A DNA stretch of 64,000 nt from Tubulanus polymorphus (lineage: Eukaryota; Animalia; Nemertea): the NCBI RefSeq assembly GCF_964204645.1, contig NC_134029.1:22562950-22626949 (forward strand), read 5' to 3'. Positions 1 through 13,300 of the stretch are shown here, piece after piece. Under the pieces are notes generated by a model. It did no database searches. It was not told the DNA's origin and worked only from the letters and a program-made list of their open reading frames with translations. The translations under genes were made by a program, and so were the position numbers. Each line of letters opens with the position of its first letter. Position 1 is the first letter of the stretch.

Positions 1-750
1 TTTCAATGCAATGACTACTAATTTCGATTAATTACATAATCTTCAATTAGATAATTCATTATGGCAACATAAAGTGAGTAACTGACTACTGGACAGAGGG
101 TCAAGATGTCCTAAATAAAGTCCAGTAATATCTGACAGCATAAAATTTGCGTTAACACTCATTGTGAAACAAATAAAGATGATATGCGCTTATTTGGATC
201 AAATTCATAATCTAGTTAATTATATTTTGAGCATGTATAGAATCTGCATGGATGTAGTCTGCAAGAAGTCCGAAAATGAACTGTAGCATTTCTCACTATT
301 TGTTCATTTTAAATTGAAGAAAAACTCATAGCTGGCATTTTTTCCTACTATCATATTATACAGTGGCATTCTTTATTACATTTGAAATCAAAAGCATTTA
401 TATTTCTGGCTAGTGATTTGATTGCATTTTGGAGAATTACACTAACTCCAAGTTTGAGCGTGAGAGCATGGTAGCTTTTAAGGCCATATCCAATCCGGTG
501 TCACTAAAGATGGAAATGCTCTTTTGTAATACTAGACTAATTTACACAGAATTGATGGTTACGAAAGTCAACAATCAGTATTTCTACAAACATTTTCGAG
601 GAATTTCTTACAGAATGAACTTCATCCTAATTTTTATCACAGGTTAAAATAACACATCTTGTATTTTCTAAACAGACTTTTGTCATTAAATGACGCACCA
701 GTCTACGAATAAATTAATGTCGGGTCCCGCAGTGCTCAAAACACCCACGA

Positions 751-3700
751 TCACGTGGCGGTTAGAAAATCTAGTGCTTCATCTCTGTTGTTGCTATGCA
801 GAACAAGCGCTTCTCTTATTTTATCAGATTCGAATCCGAGCTCCTCAAACTGTCTGACCATCTCGATATATTCACACGCCTGTTAAACAAGAAATCAAAA
901 CTAAACAGCCAAATCTGGTATTAATGATGCTTCACCTGGTCGACAGCAATTTGGAAGAATGAATGCCTGAAGAAAAGGTCGATTGATACCTGCATAGATG
1001 AGTTATGGTTAAACCGACATATTATTTACCTTCGCGAAATTATTGTCAAATAAAGCAAGGGAAAATTCAGCTTGTTCATCTTTGTAGCCTTTTTCAACAA
1101 TTCTATTCACAAGACATAAATGATCTATGACCTGAAAATAATGCGGTAAAAGAAATAGCTTTTACTCAAATAATCACGAATACAATTTGAGACAAAGTTA
1201 ATGAATGATATTAATTACTGACCACTTTGTCATCGGGGCCAAATTTTTTAACAGCTCTCGCCACTTGTGAACGAGGAAAGCCCATATCAGCGAGTGCGAG
1301 TACGAATTCCTGTTGACCGATCGGCAGACTACAGAATGGATCTACAGGAGTTGGTGAACACGGTGTCGACGATGAATCGCCGGTATTCTGTTGTTGCCAG
1401 TTCGGTAGAGGAGAATGTCTATTCCAATCCTAAAATACAAATTATCGATTATGAAATGCAATTAGTAGAAATTAATGAATTAATTCTATACAGTTAAGTA
1501 TAAGTAGATATATGCAGGTACCAATCTGTCACAACTCCTCGGGTGTTCAATACTTTATCGTCAACTCAATCTTCCCCGATGTTTTATCATCAAGGCTCCG
1601 TCCTTTGTTCAGGATTTTGCCTGTGACAATATCTGGCATTATCTGTCGATTAAATTCAATTTTCAATTGAAAATAGACTACAAATGCCAGACATTAGATA
1701 ACCATATTTTCACAAAGTTGCCATCAAGACGGCTAATTAATGATTTATACCTGCATATATAAGTTGATTGAAGAGGTAGAGGTACCTGTGTACTAGAAGG
1801 ACGAGGTGGCGGTGATGGTGATAACGGTTTGAACGGCGAGACAGAACGATTATTAAACGACGCCGACGAATCACGCGTAATATCCGGCGTACTCAGAGCA
1901 TTACGCAGCGGATTCAAAGTCGGCCATGATTGATCATTCACCGATGAACCGTCCGTGAATTGAGAGTTTTTATCGTGCGTAACGACGTCTAAATCGACCG
2001 AATTTAGTCCGTTTATATTCACCGACTCTTTATTGCGCTTGAAATAACACGAATACGGATTGAAACTATTATTCGTCGTTTTAATCTGATTAAATGAACT
2101 GTGTTTTGGATCTTTAACGTAATTCTCCAGTCCGGCGATGCTGTGTCGCCCCTCCGGGAATAAAACATGCTCGCAGTTTGTCGCGTTGGATTTTTTTGAA
2201 CCGATAGGGGGCAGCACGCTACGAGCGCCGAGTTTTCTACCGATAGAATTATCACAAACATTTTCATTGTCCGATTTCAGCATTGGATTGTCCGAACCCC
2301 CGATAGTGATAGAACCGTTTGGTCGATTTCTATCACATACGTTTTCATCGTTCTGACCAGTGGTGGCGCCGTCTAGCGACTGAGATTGAGCGACTTGCAA
2401 CACGTTTTTCAGTTCTTCCATCGTGTTGATTGTTTTTAATTCGAGTTTGTCGAACGGATCTTCCTCGCGTTCGAAATCGGTGAGATCGATACAGACGTGT
2501 TCGGCGGCGGTCGGCGACAGTTTACGAACCGGTTGTATCGGGGTCGGTAAGAGTATTTCGTTGCCGATGTTGAACAGGAGATTATGCCGCGGTTTCGCGA
2601 CGTTTTCATGACTAGAATCACACTGATTATCAACAGTAACAGCACCGGAATCTACAGCGTCAGTATCACAGGTTATATCGTTATTTACAGCAGCAGCAGC
2701 GCCGGCTGCCGCGTCTACGCTTGCGCGAGAAAAGTCTTCGATTTCGGCACCAACCGAACGAACTTGAGCCTCTTGTTCGGCGAGTTGCGCGAGTTGATGT
2801 TCCTCGTACGACTGAATAACTGCATGTTCCAGACTGAAGTCAATCTACAAGATTTAAAACACAGGGGTGGATTAAGCGGGGAGGGACCTTAGCTAAGTTT
2901 AACGGAGATAAAATTTTCAGAAACATAAGCTTAAAAAGGTTACACAAACAGTGGCAAATTATTTCCAGTCATTTTGGTTTCAGAAACACTCCCGAATCCT
3001 GATGTTCAGAAAATGATCAATGTTTTCAAATTTTCTTTGAGGACCCTAAGCCCTCGAATAAGCTTTGCACCTACGCCACTCCCTCTTCATAAGTTTTGCC
3101 CTTCCCTATTCTGGATTCATCATCTTTTATCAACCTATCACAGCTTTATCGCGAATTTGAACGGCAGAGTTTAGTTCATCGAATCGGATTGTATATCCTC
3201 ATAAATCAAAACCTAAAAGTTTGAATGAATCAAACGTATTTTGTAAATAAATTTTTTTCCTCCCAAGGGTGGAGGACATTTTTTTTAAATTCAGCCAATG
3301 GTGTTTCCTGTGTCTGTATGCAGTCTATATATTGTTACATATTACAAAATGGAAGTTAAAGCGTTAAAAAGAAACCTTGGTTATTAATGGTACAATAATG
3401 AGAGTATGATGATAACGAGAGAAATCCCACAAGAACGAAGCCAAGATTAAAAAATTCTATATCAGAATGATTATATTTGAGTAGCGACGTTTCGGCTAAC
3501 AACCGTTAGCCATCATCAAGCGTAATGACTCAGTGTGTCGCTCCTCAAATATAATCATTCTGATAAAGAACTTGAAATTTTCACTTCATTATCGTGGGAT
3601 TTCTCTCGTTATCTTCATACACGGATATTGTGTATCTTCTCGTCTTATTATGGTACAATCTTTATATACTTACATCTTCATAAATAATACGAGGAGGTTG

Positions 3701-3954
3701 TGCATTTAATACACTAGCAGGTAACGATACCTGCGGCAGTTGTTGAAACTTGTTGCTGATTACTAATGGTATTCCATCAAGACTTGAAGTTGCAGTGTCT
3801 GACACTGAAAAACATTTTACAAACAAAAACATTAGGCCTACCTCATAATAACAACACTTACTAGACATAGACATACTTGTCTAAAATAAGAAAAAATTAT
3901 CTTATGACATTTACCACTCCAAGTCCTGTTAATTCCACTATGGCCATAGGACAT
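751..3954 (-). CDS. UBAP1: Ubiquitin-associated protein 1 (ESCRT-I subunit), multi-exon
   Basis: Spliced exons give a UMA-like N-terminus (SLDGIPLVISNKFQQLPQVSLP...IDFSLEHAVI), the motif DFEREEDPFDKLELKTINTMEELKNVL (about 2400-2490) and C-terminal UBA repeats (LADMGFPRSQVARAV; VIDHLCLVNRIVEKGY; FEELGFESDKIREALVLHSNNRDEALDFL). ATG at 3954, TGA at 751-753, GT-AG introns. Confidence 0.92.
3404..3620. mobile_element. Fold-back element in a UBAP1 intron carrying a Penelope-type minimal hammerhead core
   Basis: Inverted arms GTATGATGATAACGAGAGAAATCCCAC / GTGGGATTTCTCTCGTTATCTTCATAC and ATCAGAATGATTATATTTGAG / CTCAAATATAATCATTCTGAT. Flanking near-direct repeat TTATTA(A)TGGTACAAT at 3381-3396 and 3645-3659. 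Confidence 0.7.
3484..3521 (-). ncRNA. Minimal hammerhead ribozyme-like motif (C3U variant)
   Basis: Minus strand reads gc-TTGATGA-t-GGCTAAC-ggtt-GTTAGCC-GAAA-CGTC-gc: core variant, 7-bp stem II, GAAA, palindromic ACGU stem III, GUC site. Stem I is only 2 bp. Confidence 0.55.
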
Positions 3955-4319
3955 TTTCAAATCTCACTGGATTCACATTTTCCGATAAACTGAAAGCAGC
4001 AAAATAATATTAATATAACGAAGCATATTGTAAGAAAACGAGTGAGTGGAGTACACACAGAGTATTTCATTCCAAAATCGAACGCGTCTTCCAGACTAAT
4101 TCAACCGTTGTAATAATCCTATCGACAGTGATTTTAATGCCTTCCACTTTAAATATCATAGATGTACACATTAAATATTGTCTGAAAGGACAAACTTACA
4201 CTGGGAACGACTTATTTACTTTTATTTAAGGAAAATCGCGTCATCTTCAGATGACTTACTTCCTGGTTAATACGCGATGACACTACCAGGTGGCAGCAGC
4301 TTCGCGGCCAGTTTAGGCT

Positions 4320-6154
4320 ATGGCGACGAATGACAGGTTTTTACATTTAAATCAAGAAATCAGCGAAGCTAGAAGAGAAATCGATATACTCAGGTGTGTG
4401 ATTAATTTGAAACAACCTAAACAGTCGTTTAATGGGATTTTATTATGATATTTTCACTTGTCATACGTGGAAATGTGTGTATCAATTCAAGCAAAATATT
4501 ATTTTATTGTTAGAATTGTCTTTCAGAGAGATGATAGATTAGAAAATTGCATTGTTAACGTATCATCACGATAATTTCAGGAAGCAGATCACTGGATTAA
4601 GAGAAACCAACAAGAAAGATGTCCAAAGATTGGAAAAGCTTGTAAAGCAAATGTGCAAAAGTAGTCTGGCGTCTGATAAAACCACTGAACCATTTGGTAA
4701 AGCCTTGATTTAGGTTGTAAGGATTTAGCTGAATCTAGTTACTTTGATGATGACAATATGCTTGCGTTTAATTTTAGTTGATCTGTCATGTAAACCTATC
4801 GGTTATTTGCGGTCGATATTCAAATTCAAGAATGGAATTCCGAGACAACCGAGTGTTTGTCAACAGGCTCGAGGATGGTTGACCATTGAATCTACAACTT
4901 ACAATCCAGAACATTCGCTAGAAGGTCTTGAGTCATTCAATTATCTGTGGTATGTTAAAGTATCATATCTTGCATTACAATTGTACATTTCAAACTTGTA
5001 TTGTCATTATGAGTGATTGAAGATTAAACCCACAATATGAAGTAATGTCGATATGACGTTTTGATATTTCAACTCAAATGCTATTTTCAAAAACATTTTG
5101 GGCTTTTGAAATGTACTTCTGAGTTAAAACGTTAAATTCCTCTATCAGTTTTACTTCAATTTGTGGTTTTTTCTTCAATTGAATTTAACGGTCACACATC
5201 TCTGGAAACCATAGTCAGTAACCTGACTGTGGTTTAGTTTCACGATCGGATATTTTCACAAACCACAAGGTTGGTATAAGCCCATCCGATTATAAAAAGC
5301 TTACCACCAACGATTAGGTAACTAACTATGGAAACCATTGATTATGAGTGGTATATTTTTAGGATCATATTCGTGTTTCACAAGAACAACAATGAGTATA
5401 CTAAAGCTAAAGTGAAACCGCCGCGTTTGGATGGAGTCAAAGTCGGCCTGTTCTCGACGAGATGTCCCTATAGACCCAACCCAATCGGTTTAACATTGGC
5501 CAAGATTGAAAAAATTGAAGGTATATCCACTGAAACTTTACATGAAATTATCTTATTTGAGAAAAATGACTAAATTTCAGATCCAATATATTTTCTACAA
5601 TAGGAAGTACTGTTTACTTGTCGGGTATTGATATTTTGGATGGAACGCCTGTTCTAGATATCAAGCCATACATCTCGGATTATGATCAGCCAAATCAGCT
5701 AGCATTTACTATAGAACCTACATCGACATCGGACATCGGTGGCAAACAAAATCAGGATGATCAACTGGATGTGAAAGCTTTGAATGATCAAGAAAATGGA
5801 GATAAAACAGAGAATTCTGTCGCTGCATCTTGGATTAGTCAACCACCGATAGATGAACTCGATATCAGGTTTACAAACTTTGCTGAAGAACAATTGCGAC
5901 AGTTCGATGCCGTGAATGACAAACCTTTTCATCTGGAACAGTTAAAAACTTCAGCCGAATTAAAAACAGCAATTATCAACATTTTAAAAGCAGATCCGCG
6001 ATCTGTTTATCGGCGAAATCATTGTCAAGGTCGTCTGTATTTTTTCTGTCTCGATAACGCTCATGTTACTTGTTGGTTTGATAAAAACGTCGCTGAAGTT
6101 GTAAGAATTCAGCCTATGGCATTTAGAGACTCAAATTTAAAACGAAATGAATAA
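4320..6154 (+). CDS. TRMO: tRNA (adenine(37)-N6)-methyltransferase (TsaA/TrmO family), multi-exon
   Basis: Exons encode KPIGYLRSIFKFKNGIPRQP, SLEGLESFNYLWIIFVFH, KAKVKPPRLDGVKVGLFSTRCPYRPNPIGLT, SGIDILDGTPVLDIKPY and DPRSVYRR. ATG at 4320, TAA at 6152-6154. Confidence 0.95.
5212..5328. mobile_element. MITE family B (about 115 bp), copy 1
   Basis: Imperfect TIR TAGTCAGTAACCT / AGGTAACTAACTA. Near-identical copies at 23584-23684 (inverted) and 49482-49591. Confidence 0.75.
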
Positions 6155-8760
6155 ACTTTCACCTGTAAAATGAATAGGTCTTGGTTTTGATTTTTGCCAG
6201 TAATCTGCTCTTCATTCGGATTGCAGTCAGTTATTTCTCAGGGATGGAAAACTAAACCTCAAAAAAGCTTTAGCAATCGCCATAAATCACAACACTTCAT
6301 ATTTTACACAGTTATCAATTTATATTATCTTTTTTAAATACAAAATAATTTATTTTCTGTACAATAATTCATCCTTCTATTGCACGTGCTTTCAAGAAAG
6401 TATTAACAACATTCTATTCCTAGAATTGTTCTGTTCCTAGAATAATTGAACTTTGTTAATACGAATCTTGTGGTTACAGTACTGTGAAATTGGTTTTGTA
6501 TTATCAAAATCTATCGCGGTAGACGTTATCATAATCAACAGTTATTTTATGTAAAATGAATCGTATTAACAAGGTTCAACTACATATACATACTTATATA
6601 TTTATCTAATATCCCAAAATTGAAAGAAAAACTTTTAATGGCTGCAGCCCTGAAAATTGTTACAATTACAGTTATTTCTAATTCAGAAACCTGCACGATA
6701 GCTAATAAAAGTTTCAGCAATGATTTGAGGATGCATAAGACCCCTTCATACAGGTCTATGGCCTGATATCATTGTGCAAATTATCAGAATTCTAACAAGT
6801 ACAAGTACTGTTCGTATCCTATTTTTGTTGGCAATCATTTTTCGATTCATTTGAAAAAGTTTGATTCGATATCGGTTTCCATTGACTGGAAAATTTCTCA
6901 ATACTGAGTTCGTAAGACTAGCATTCCTAGTACATTTGTATTCCTCGATATTTGTAGTTCACCAATTCCACAACAGTTATTATAACTATTAATACTTTAA
7001 AAAAAAAAACATTCATTATTTTATCACAATTCAAGTAACACATACACGCCATAAAAAGAAGGATATTTTATAGAAAAATTAATTGCAAAATAATCAATAA
7101 CAATAGAAGTGAAAGTATCCGGTGAAACTGTGACCAGTCTTTTTTAATATTCCATAGTTGATAATCCGCTTCTCTATAAGGGATCTTTCATTTATAGGCC
7201 TTATGTATGCATAAAACTTGAAGTTTCCGGCCCGTTTTTCCTATACTTTTAAGCATTTAGTACGCAATTGCACCTCCATCTCTCCTTTCCCTATCCCTTA
7301 ATGCATAGGCCTACATAATAAATGAATGAACCCGAAATGAAATATAATTGTAGCTTTATAAATTCTATTCATTCATGCGGCTGCTGAATTTGGATAATAC
7401 TGAATCATTTTTTTTCAAAAATATCTACTTGCTAGATAACAAAGTCACTGATAATAATGATCTGGGCATCAGTCACATTCCAATTGTTATTTTCAATTAA
7501 AGTCGAATAATAAGATATAAGCAGAACAATCAATTTCTACCGACTTGATCTGAATAAAATATGCCACGTCTATTGAAACAGTGTATAAATCTATACGATG
7601 TAGACAGATGTACCTGATTAATCACAGTCAACTGATATACAAGAAACTGCACTATACCTAATCTAATATACATAGAAATGCCTCGATTTAATGAAATTGG
7701 ATTGAACAAGCATATTTGTCCAGTGTCCTGATCACACGGAGACCTGGGTGAAATCGGCCTGGACCAGACAAAAGTCACATTTGGCCCATAATTAGAGTGT
7801 GCATTTGCACGTAAATCATTCATTCGTTGTCAAAATGCTATAAAAAGATGCTGTGGCGAGGCATAAACCAGATAGCATTTACATGGAATAATTTCACGCG
7901 TGCTATAATTTGGCACTGGCCTGGTCTGCCAACATTTGGTCTCGGTAAAATACACATGTGTGAACCTGGCATTATTTCAATCAGGTTCCACCGTACTGGC
8001 TTTAAGATCAAAATAAGTAGTTGAAAAATGAAATTTCGAGGAAATATACTTTTTACCTCGGGGAACAATGTCAAATGTTATCACTAATTCAAAATAAGTA
8101 ACAGACTTTCTCCGGAGGCTATACAAGTAATAGTCCGACGTCATGGTAACGCAGAAGGCATGAGACGTCAGTTGGAAGACATTATTTCTAAGAGTCTGCT
8201 TTAAAGCCAAATACTATACATGCAACTAACACGCATACGATAAAATATTCATATATACCACGTATACAAAATACAATGAAAACTCAATATAGTGAAGCAC
8301 AATATACTAGCATTTTAGAGCAGAATGTAGGCACATTTCAGAGTGAATCAGCTCAGATGTGATAACACAAGGAGGTCGTTCGAGCTCAGATCTTTAATCC
8401 GCAAAGCATCAACTTTCACCACAAGAACGCTGAATGCAGGTACTGAATTTGCTATGAGCGCGACATTATTTGCAGAGTCGGACAACTTCCAATTCTTCGC
8501 GTCTTCTCAACTTAAAATAGGAGATGCTGGAGATAGGCAGTGATTTTGTAATCAAACTCTTTCAAATGTGTCGACGGCTAGACTAGAAATACTCCTTATC
8601 GAATATGTACGAATGAATTCAGCGGTCGATATAGACACTGCTCAATCTCACACAGCAACAAATCTCATCTCGATAGCGAAATCTGGGTAGGTGTTTCGTG
8701 TGACCGCCTCCCGGTACGAGTTTAAAATGCGCAGTACAAACAAGTGTAACGACGACGCTG

Positions 8761-9891
8761 CTATTGTATCACACATGACGCTGTATTCGGGTTGCAACAT
8801 ACGCAACGTTCGTTGAATGATTTCGGAGGAATTAGATCCAAGTCTTCATCGTCCGGCTGTAAATCTAAATTATATCCATCTTTGATCAATTGTTGCGTAA
8901 TATCCTGATTGGAGATTTTACTGAATATCGGCGATTCAAATTCATCCTCGCTGAAATGAACAATTCAATATTTTCAATGCAGTATAAGGAAAAATGAATT
9001 ATGCTTGACTTCCTAACACAACCATGTTTACACGCTAGAATGGGTTAGGGTTTGGGATGGCGGGGTGAGATCAAGGCGTGGATGTGAAGATTACGGTGTA
9101 TGAGGGATTGAAAAGGTCGACGAACAAACGAAATAATTTCGATACACACCTATCATCTGATTGTATGGCAACTAAAGGCTGTATATCGGAATGTAGTAAT
9201 AACGTGTGGCCACCTTTCTGCGGAATCTTTAATCTGAAAAGATAATATCAAAACCATTTCATTGAATCATAATAAATCAACCAATTGACTTAGTATATTT
9301 GAGTTAGAATTACGTGCAGTGAAAACCCACCTGCTCATTGATAGTAAGCCAGGTTTTCTGGTTGGTTGATCAATGATTGCTGCCGATTTTCTAGCAATTT
9401 CCCTTTGTTTTTCTAGAAAAAAAGGTATTGAGACAATTCAAGATTTGAAGAAACTACAAAGAATAAGACACAAGGATTTTTCGGCATTCCAGAATTTATA
9501 CGCACCAATCTTCTTCTGTAAATCCGATGGTCTTCTAATATTGATTCCAGTTCCTTTATTGGATCCTTTCGGTGATACTGGGCTGTGATGCTGAAAATGA
9601 ATCGTTATAAAATGGCTATTATTATAAAAAAGGAACCTTCACCATTCGAAGTGTATTTGTCCATCAGATGGTGGAGCCTTAATCATTTAAATCTAACACT
9701 AGAAGTTGGTATAAAGGAAAACACAAAACTGAAGAGATGCAGATTTTTGACTCGAAAGATGTTTACCCAGACTACTTTTCATCATTTTTTAGTAAAACAT
9801 ATGTTAATTCTGAAAATACCTTAACAGTTGTTGAGCCATTACTGGAGGTTTTAGGATCGCTATCGAAACCGCTATCTTCCATGCTATCCAT
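8761..9891 (-). CDS. FAM219A: FAM219 family protein (FAM219A-like), 5 coding exons, C-terminal CaaX
   Basis: Absent from the ORF track. Spliced: MDSMEDSGFDSD...RPSDLQKKIEKQREIARK...QPLVAIQSDDSEDEF...NQDITQQLIKDGYNLDLQPDDEDLDLIPPKSFNERCVCCNPNTASCVIQ*, matching the FAM219 signature LKDGYxLDxxPDDEDLDLIPPK. A versus B orthology is inferred from the DNAI1 neighbour. Confidence 0.9.
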
Positions 9892-9986
9892 GGATACGAT
9901 CGGTCCAGATACAAACTAAACATTCATGATTTTCGTCGAAATATTGGGTTTCGGCGAACATAAGCAAATCAACCGGACTCCATTTC

Positions 9987-10063
9987 GTTCCGTGACGTCA
10001 ATCGGGGAACCCGTTTAGAGGACACTCGATTCTGTTCCGTGACGTCAATCTGGGAAACCTGTT
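9987..10063. promoter_or_regulatory. Duplicated CRE (TGACGTCA) module in the FAM219A/DNAI1 divergent promoter
   Basis: Two direct copies of GTTCCGTGACGTCAATC..GGGAA. Perfect CRE palindromes at 9993-10000 and 10040-10047. Confidence 0.6.
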
Positions 10064-10280
10064 AGGAAAACTGAGAAACTGAATGACGAAATATGGAAAA
10101 TAAGTTTATTCAAATTATGATGATTAGATATATAGTTGTATCGTTTTTTGAACAAATATCAAATAAAATAAACATTTTATTGTTATAAACTAAACATTTT
10201 TTCACAAAGCTTAAGATTTTTAGAGTAAATTTATTTCCGACGTGCCACCAAGGTGTTCTACCTTTAATGAGGAAGTATCA

Positions 10281-10294
10281 GTCGCCTTGGATAC
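10281..10294. promoter_or_regulatory. RFX X-box upstream of DNAI1
   Basis: GTCGCCTTGGATAC resembles the X-box consensus (GTTGCCATGGCAAC type) and lies about 90 bp upstream of the ATG of a ciliary gene. Confidence 0.6.
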
Positions 10295-10381
10295 ACAAGA
10301 CGCCATATCACAGGCAGAGTAAATTCTGTCGGTGTTCATGAGTTTCCAGAGCAGAATTGTATCGAAATAAACTCAGCAATT

Positions 10382-13300
10382 ATGCCACCAGCAAAGCAAA
10401 CAGTCCGAATAAGACAGGTAAATGAGGGGTCAAAATTTGACACATCAAAATCGGTAGTTTGTCGCTGGAAAAACGATAAATTCCGTTGCTAGAAACTGAG
10501 TTTATGTTTTTTTTAAGTCAAATCAATTGATTTTATTTAGTCTTCTTAAATTCTTAATATTTTATACGATGCAGATATATTGTATATCTATTTATATAGT
10601 CGTAAAAGTTAAAGAAGCCCAACAAATAAGTTAAGTAGGTTTCAAGAAAAAGTAGTGACTATAAAGATTAATTTTCAATCAAACACAATTGTTTCACAAC
10701 AAAATCTCTGAAAAAGAATACCTCGCTAATGAAAATTGTTGATGATGTTCACAATAAAGTTTTTTGCATGTTTTTAGTCAACAGTTTTAACCAGCATTCT
10801 TCAGATTGACATTTTCAGGATTTGAAACGACCATCTCTTATTGATTGTCAGTTTAAAGTAGAATTTTGCTCTTTTCATTTCATTCAATTGCAATTTGCAC
10901 GATCATTTTTCAAGTTCTAGATTTAATTTCTTATTGAGAAAGAGGGATGCGTTTATTGAAAAAATATTTTATTAGAACCTTTTCTGCCCAATGGGATTTT
11001 AGTCGCTTTTCGCTGATAAATTTCAAAGTAAATAAATAAGTAAATGTATGAGTGTACTTTGAATTTTAAAGCAGCCAGGTACTGGCGCTCCAGTAGCCAA
11101 AGGGAAACCTAAAAGAGTAAGTAGAACCTGTGATTGAAATTATGGTTGAAGGTTTTGTTGATTCTGTACTTCTGAAATCAGTAGTGGCTTTTTATTCAAG
11201 ATGGAAAGAAGCGTTTGCTTTGAATCCCTCGTAGGCTTCAGATCCTCTTAGATACCATCAACTTCTTCTGTCAAGATGATTTCAGGGACATGGAATCGGT
11301 CTCAGTGTCATTTAGATTAACATGAAACATCACGGTTATTAATTCAATTCAAAAATTCCCGAAATAGTGATGCGTCATTTTAAACTTTTTGACCGTTAAT
11401 GTTTGGTGAAGTGAAACTCAATGATGTATAGGCCTATTGAGTTTCACTTCGGTACCCATGGTAACCAGGGCCTTGTTTCACAAAATCAGGCTATAATTGT
11501 TGAGATTGAAAACGTGAAACCGATAGCGACTAAACCAAGAATTTGAGCTTTTTGTGAAACTTGGCTCAGATCTAAGACTAACCTGCATATTCTGGTTGGT
11601 GTTGGAAAACTGTGTTGGTACAACTTGCACAAACTTCCCTCAATATGTTCATCTTGAATGTTAAATCAATAGACTTTCTCGGCATTCATAAGAATATTGA
11701 GGGTAAGTTTTCTCGACCCAGCCAACTTATTATTCATAATTCCGCACTAACAATTAATTCTACCTGAATTATTTTCATCTTTAGCCACCTTCCGGTGCAG
11801 GAGGTGGCCCGCAGAGGATCCACCCCAGTCAGGCAAGAGCTCGGCAAAGTATAGCTGCGCCGCGACTAAGCATAGCCCCGACAAGACTGGCCAGGGTAAG
11901 AAAGGTCACCGCCAGTTAAGCAGAACGCGAAATCCTGGCAAAAATACTTGATTTCAAATGCTAACTTAAGTTTTTATCAAAGCTATTCTTGTGGACTGTA
12001 GAATATTTCACCAATGGTAATGTAGAGTATGACATCAAGAATCTCTACCATACTTGTATCTTGTACATGTTCCCACTCTTGCTTAGAAAAAGAAACAATT
12101 TAGCTTTCTCCTACTAACCGGAAATGTATTTATCCAAAAATATGCACCAATTAAAAACTTATTTGTTCTTAAGGGTTACAATTTCCCTTCCAAATCATGT
12201 ACTAACATGTTTAATGTAACAGTTAAAAAGATAATGTACTTATTTTAAACGCAATCACAATTAGATGGAAAAGGTAGCTCAGCTATCTAGCCATGCTGAG
12301 GTAAATTTTAAGCACTTCTTTGTTGAGAAAAAGCAGTTCTTTATTTCTACTAACTCACAATTTATTCTTTACGACACATATTCTTACAGATTAAACTTCA
12401 CATACTATTTTTTTCTGAATTTTTACAAAAATCTTCAATTTCTTGGACTAATAAAGATCGAATTTGCTGATTAGCAGATTCATTACTTTTAGCATTTCTT
12501 GATAGATTCACCAGGTATAACTGCTAATCTATCTGCGGGTTATGGCACGTATTCTGCCTGCTACATCGTGCAATTTATAAGTCTTCTATATTTCACTTAA
12601 TTTCAAAGATTCTTTATCTACCCTTTATCAATAACTTTTATGAATTCAAATTATCACTTATGAAATAAATTGAAAAAGAAATATATCTTTTATTGCTGCT
12701 AAAAACTATGAATGGCAAAAATCTGATATTTAGTCCATATCATAGAAACTACAAGTTGATTATGTGTAGGACGTATCTGTCAGATTCTTGTCATGAAGGA
12801 AACCGATTTTTATAAAATGCTAATTTGATATTGAACAGGAGGAAGATGATGCAACATCGATGGGTGAAGCTCGTGAGGATGACTGGATGCAGGTATTGAA
12901 TTCATTTTCGTGGATTTTAAAAAGATGTCTTTCACGTGCGTCGGTTAAAACTTCATTTGTCTATGTTTTCTTCTGTAGCCACGAGCGCTTATTAAACCCG
13001 ATGACCAGCTACAGTTGAGTGAAGCTGTAAGTTTCAATTTTCGTTTCTGAAAACGTTTCTGGTTTGTAGGTTTTTGGAATAGAAATTCCATATAAATTTT
13101 GTTTCTCCAAAGATGAAAGGAATAGAAATTCCATACAGGTATATGCTTTATTTCTCTATTTCTGTCATTATGAAATTCTTATTCCGTTTGCAGGAATTGA
13201 AAGAAGAATTCACACGTATTCTGACCGCTAATAATCCGCATGCTCCTCAAAATATCGTCCGATATAGTTTCAAGGTAAGGAAATATTTCCAAATATTCAT

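Noticed and set aside
1521-1642. Extra UBAP1 exon
   Set aside because: Reaches a stop in phase 0, and the flanking exons already join in frame.
12265-12514. 9-nt candidate micro-exons in DNAI1 (ATGGAAAAG at 12265, ATTCACCAG at 12506)
   Set aside because: In frame, but too short and with donors too weak to distinguish from chance without reads.
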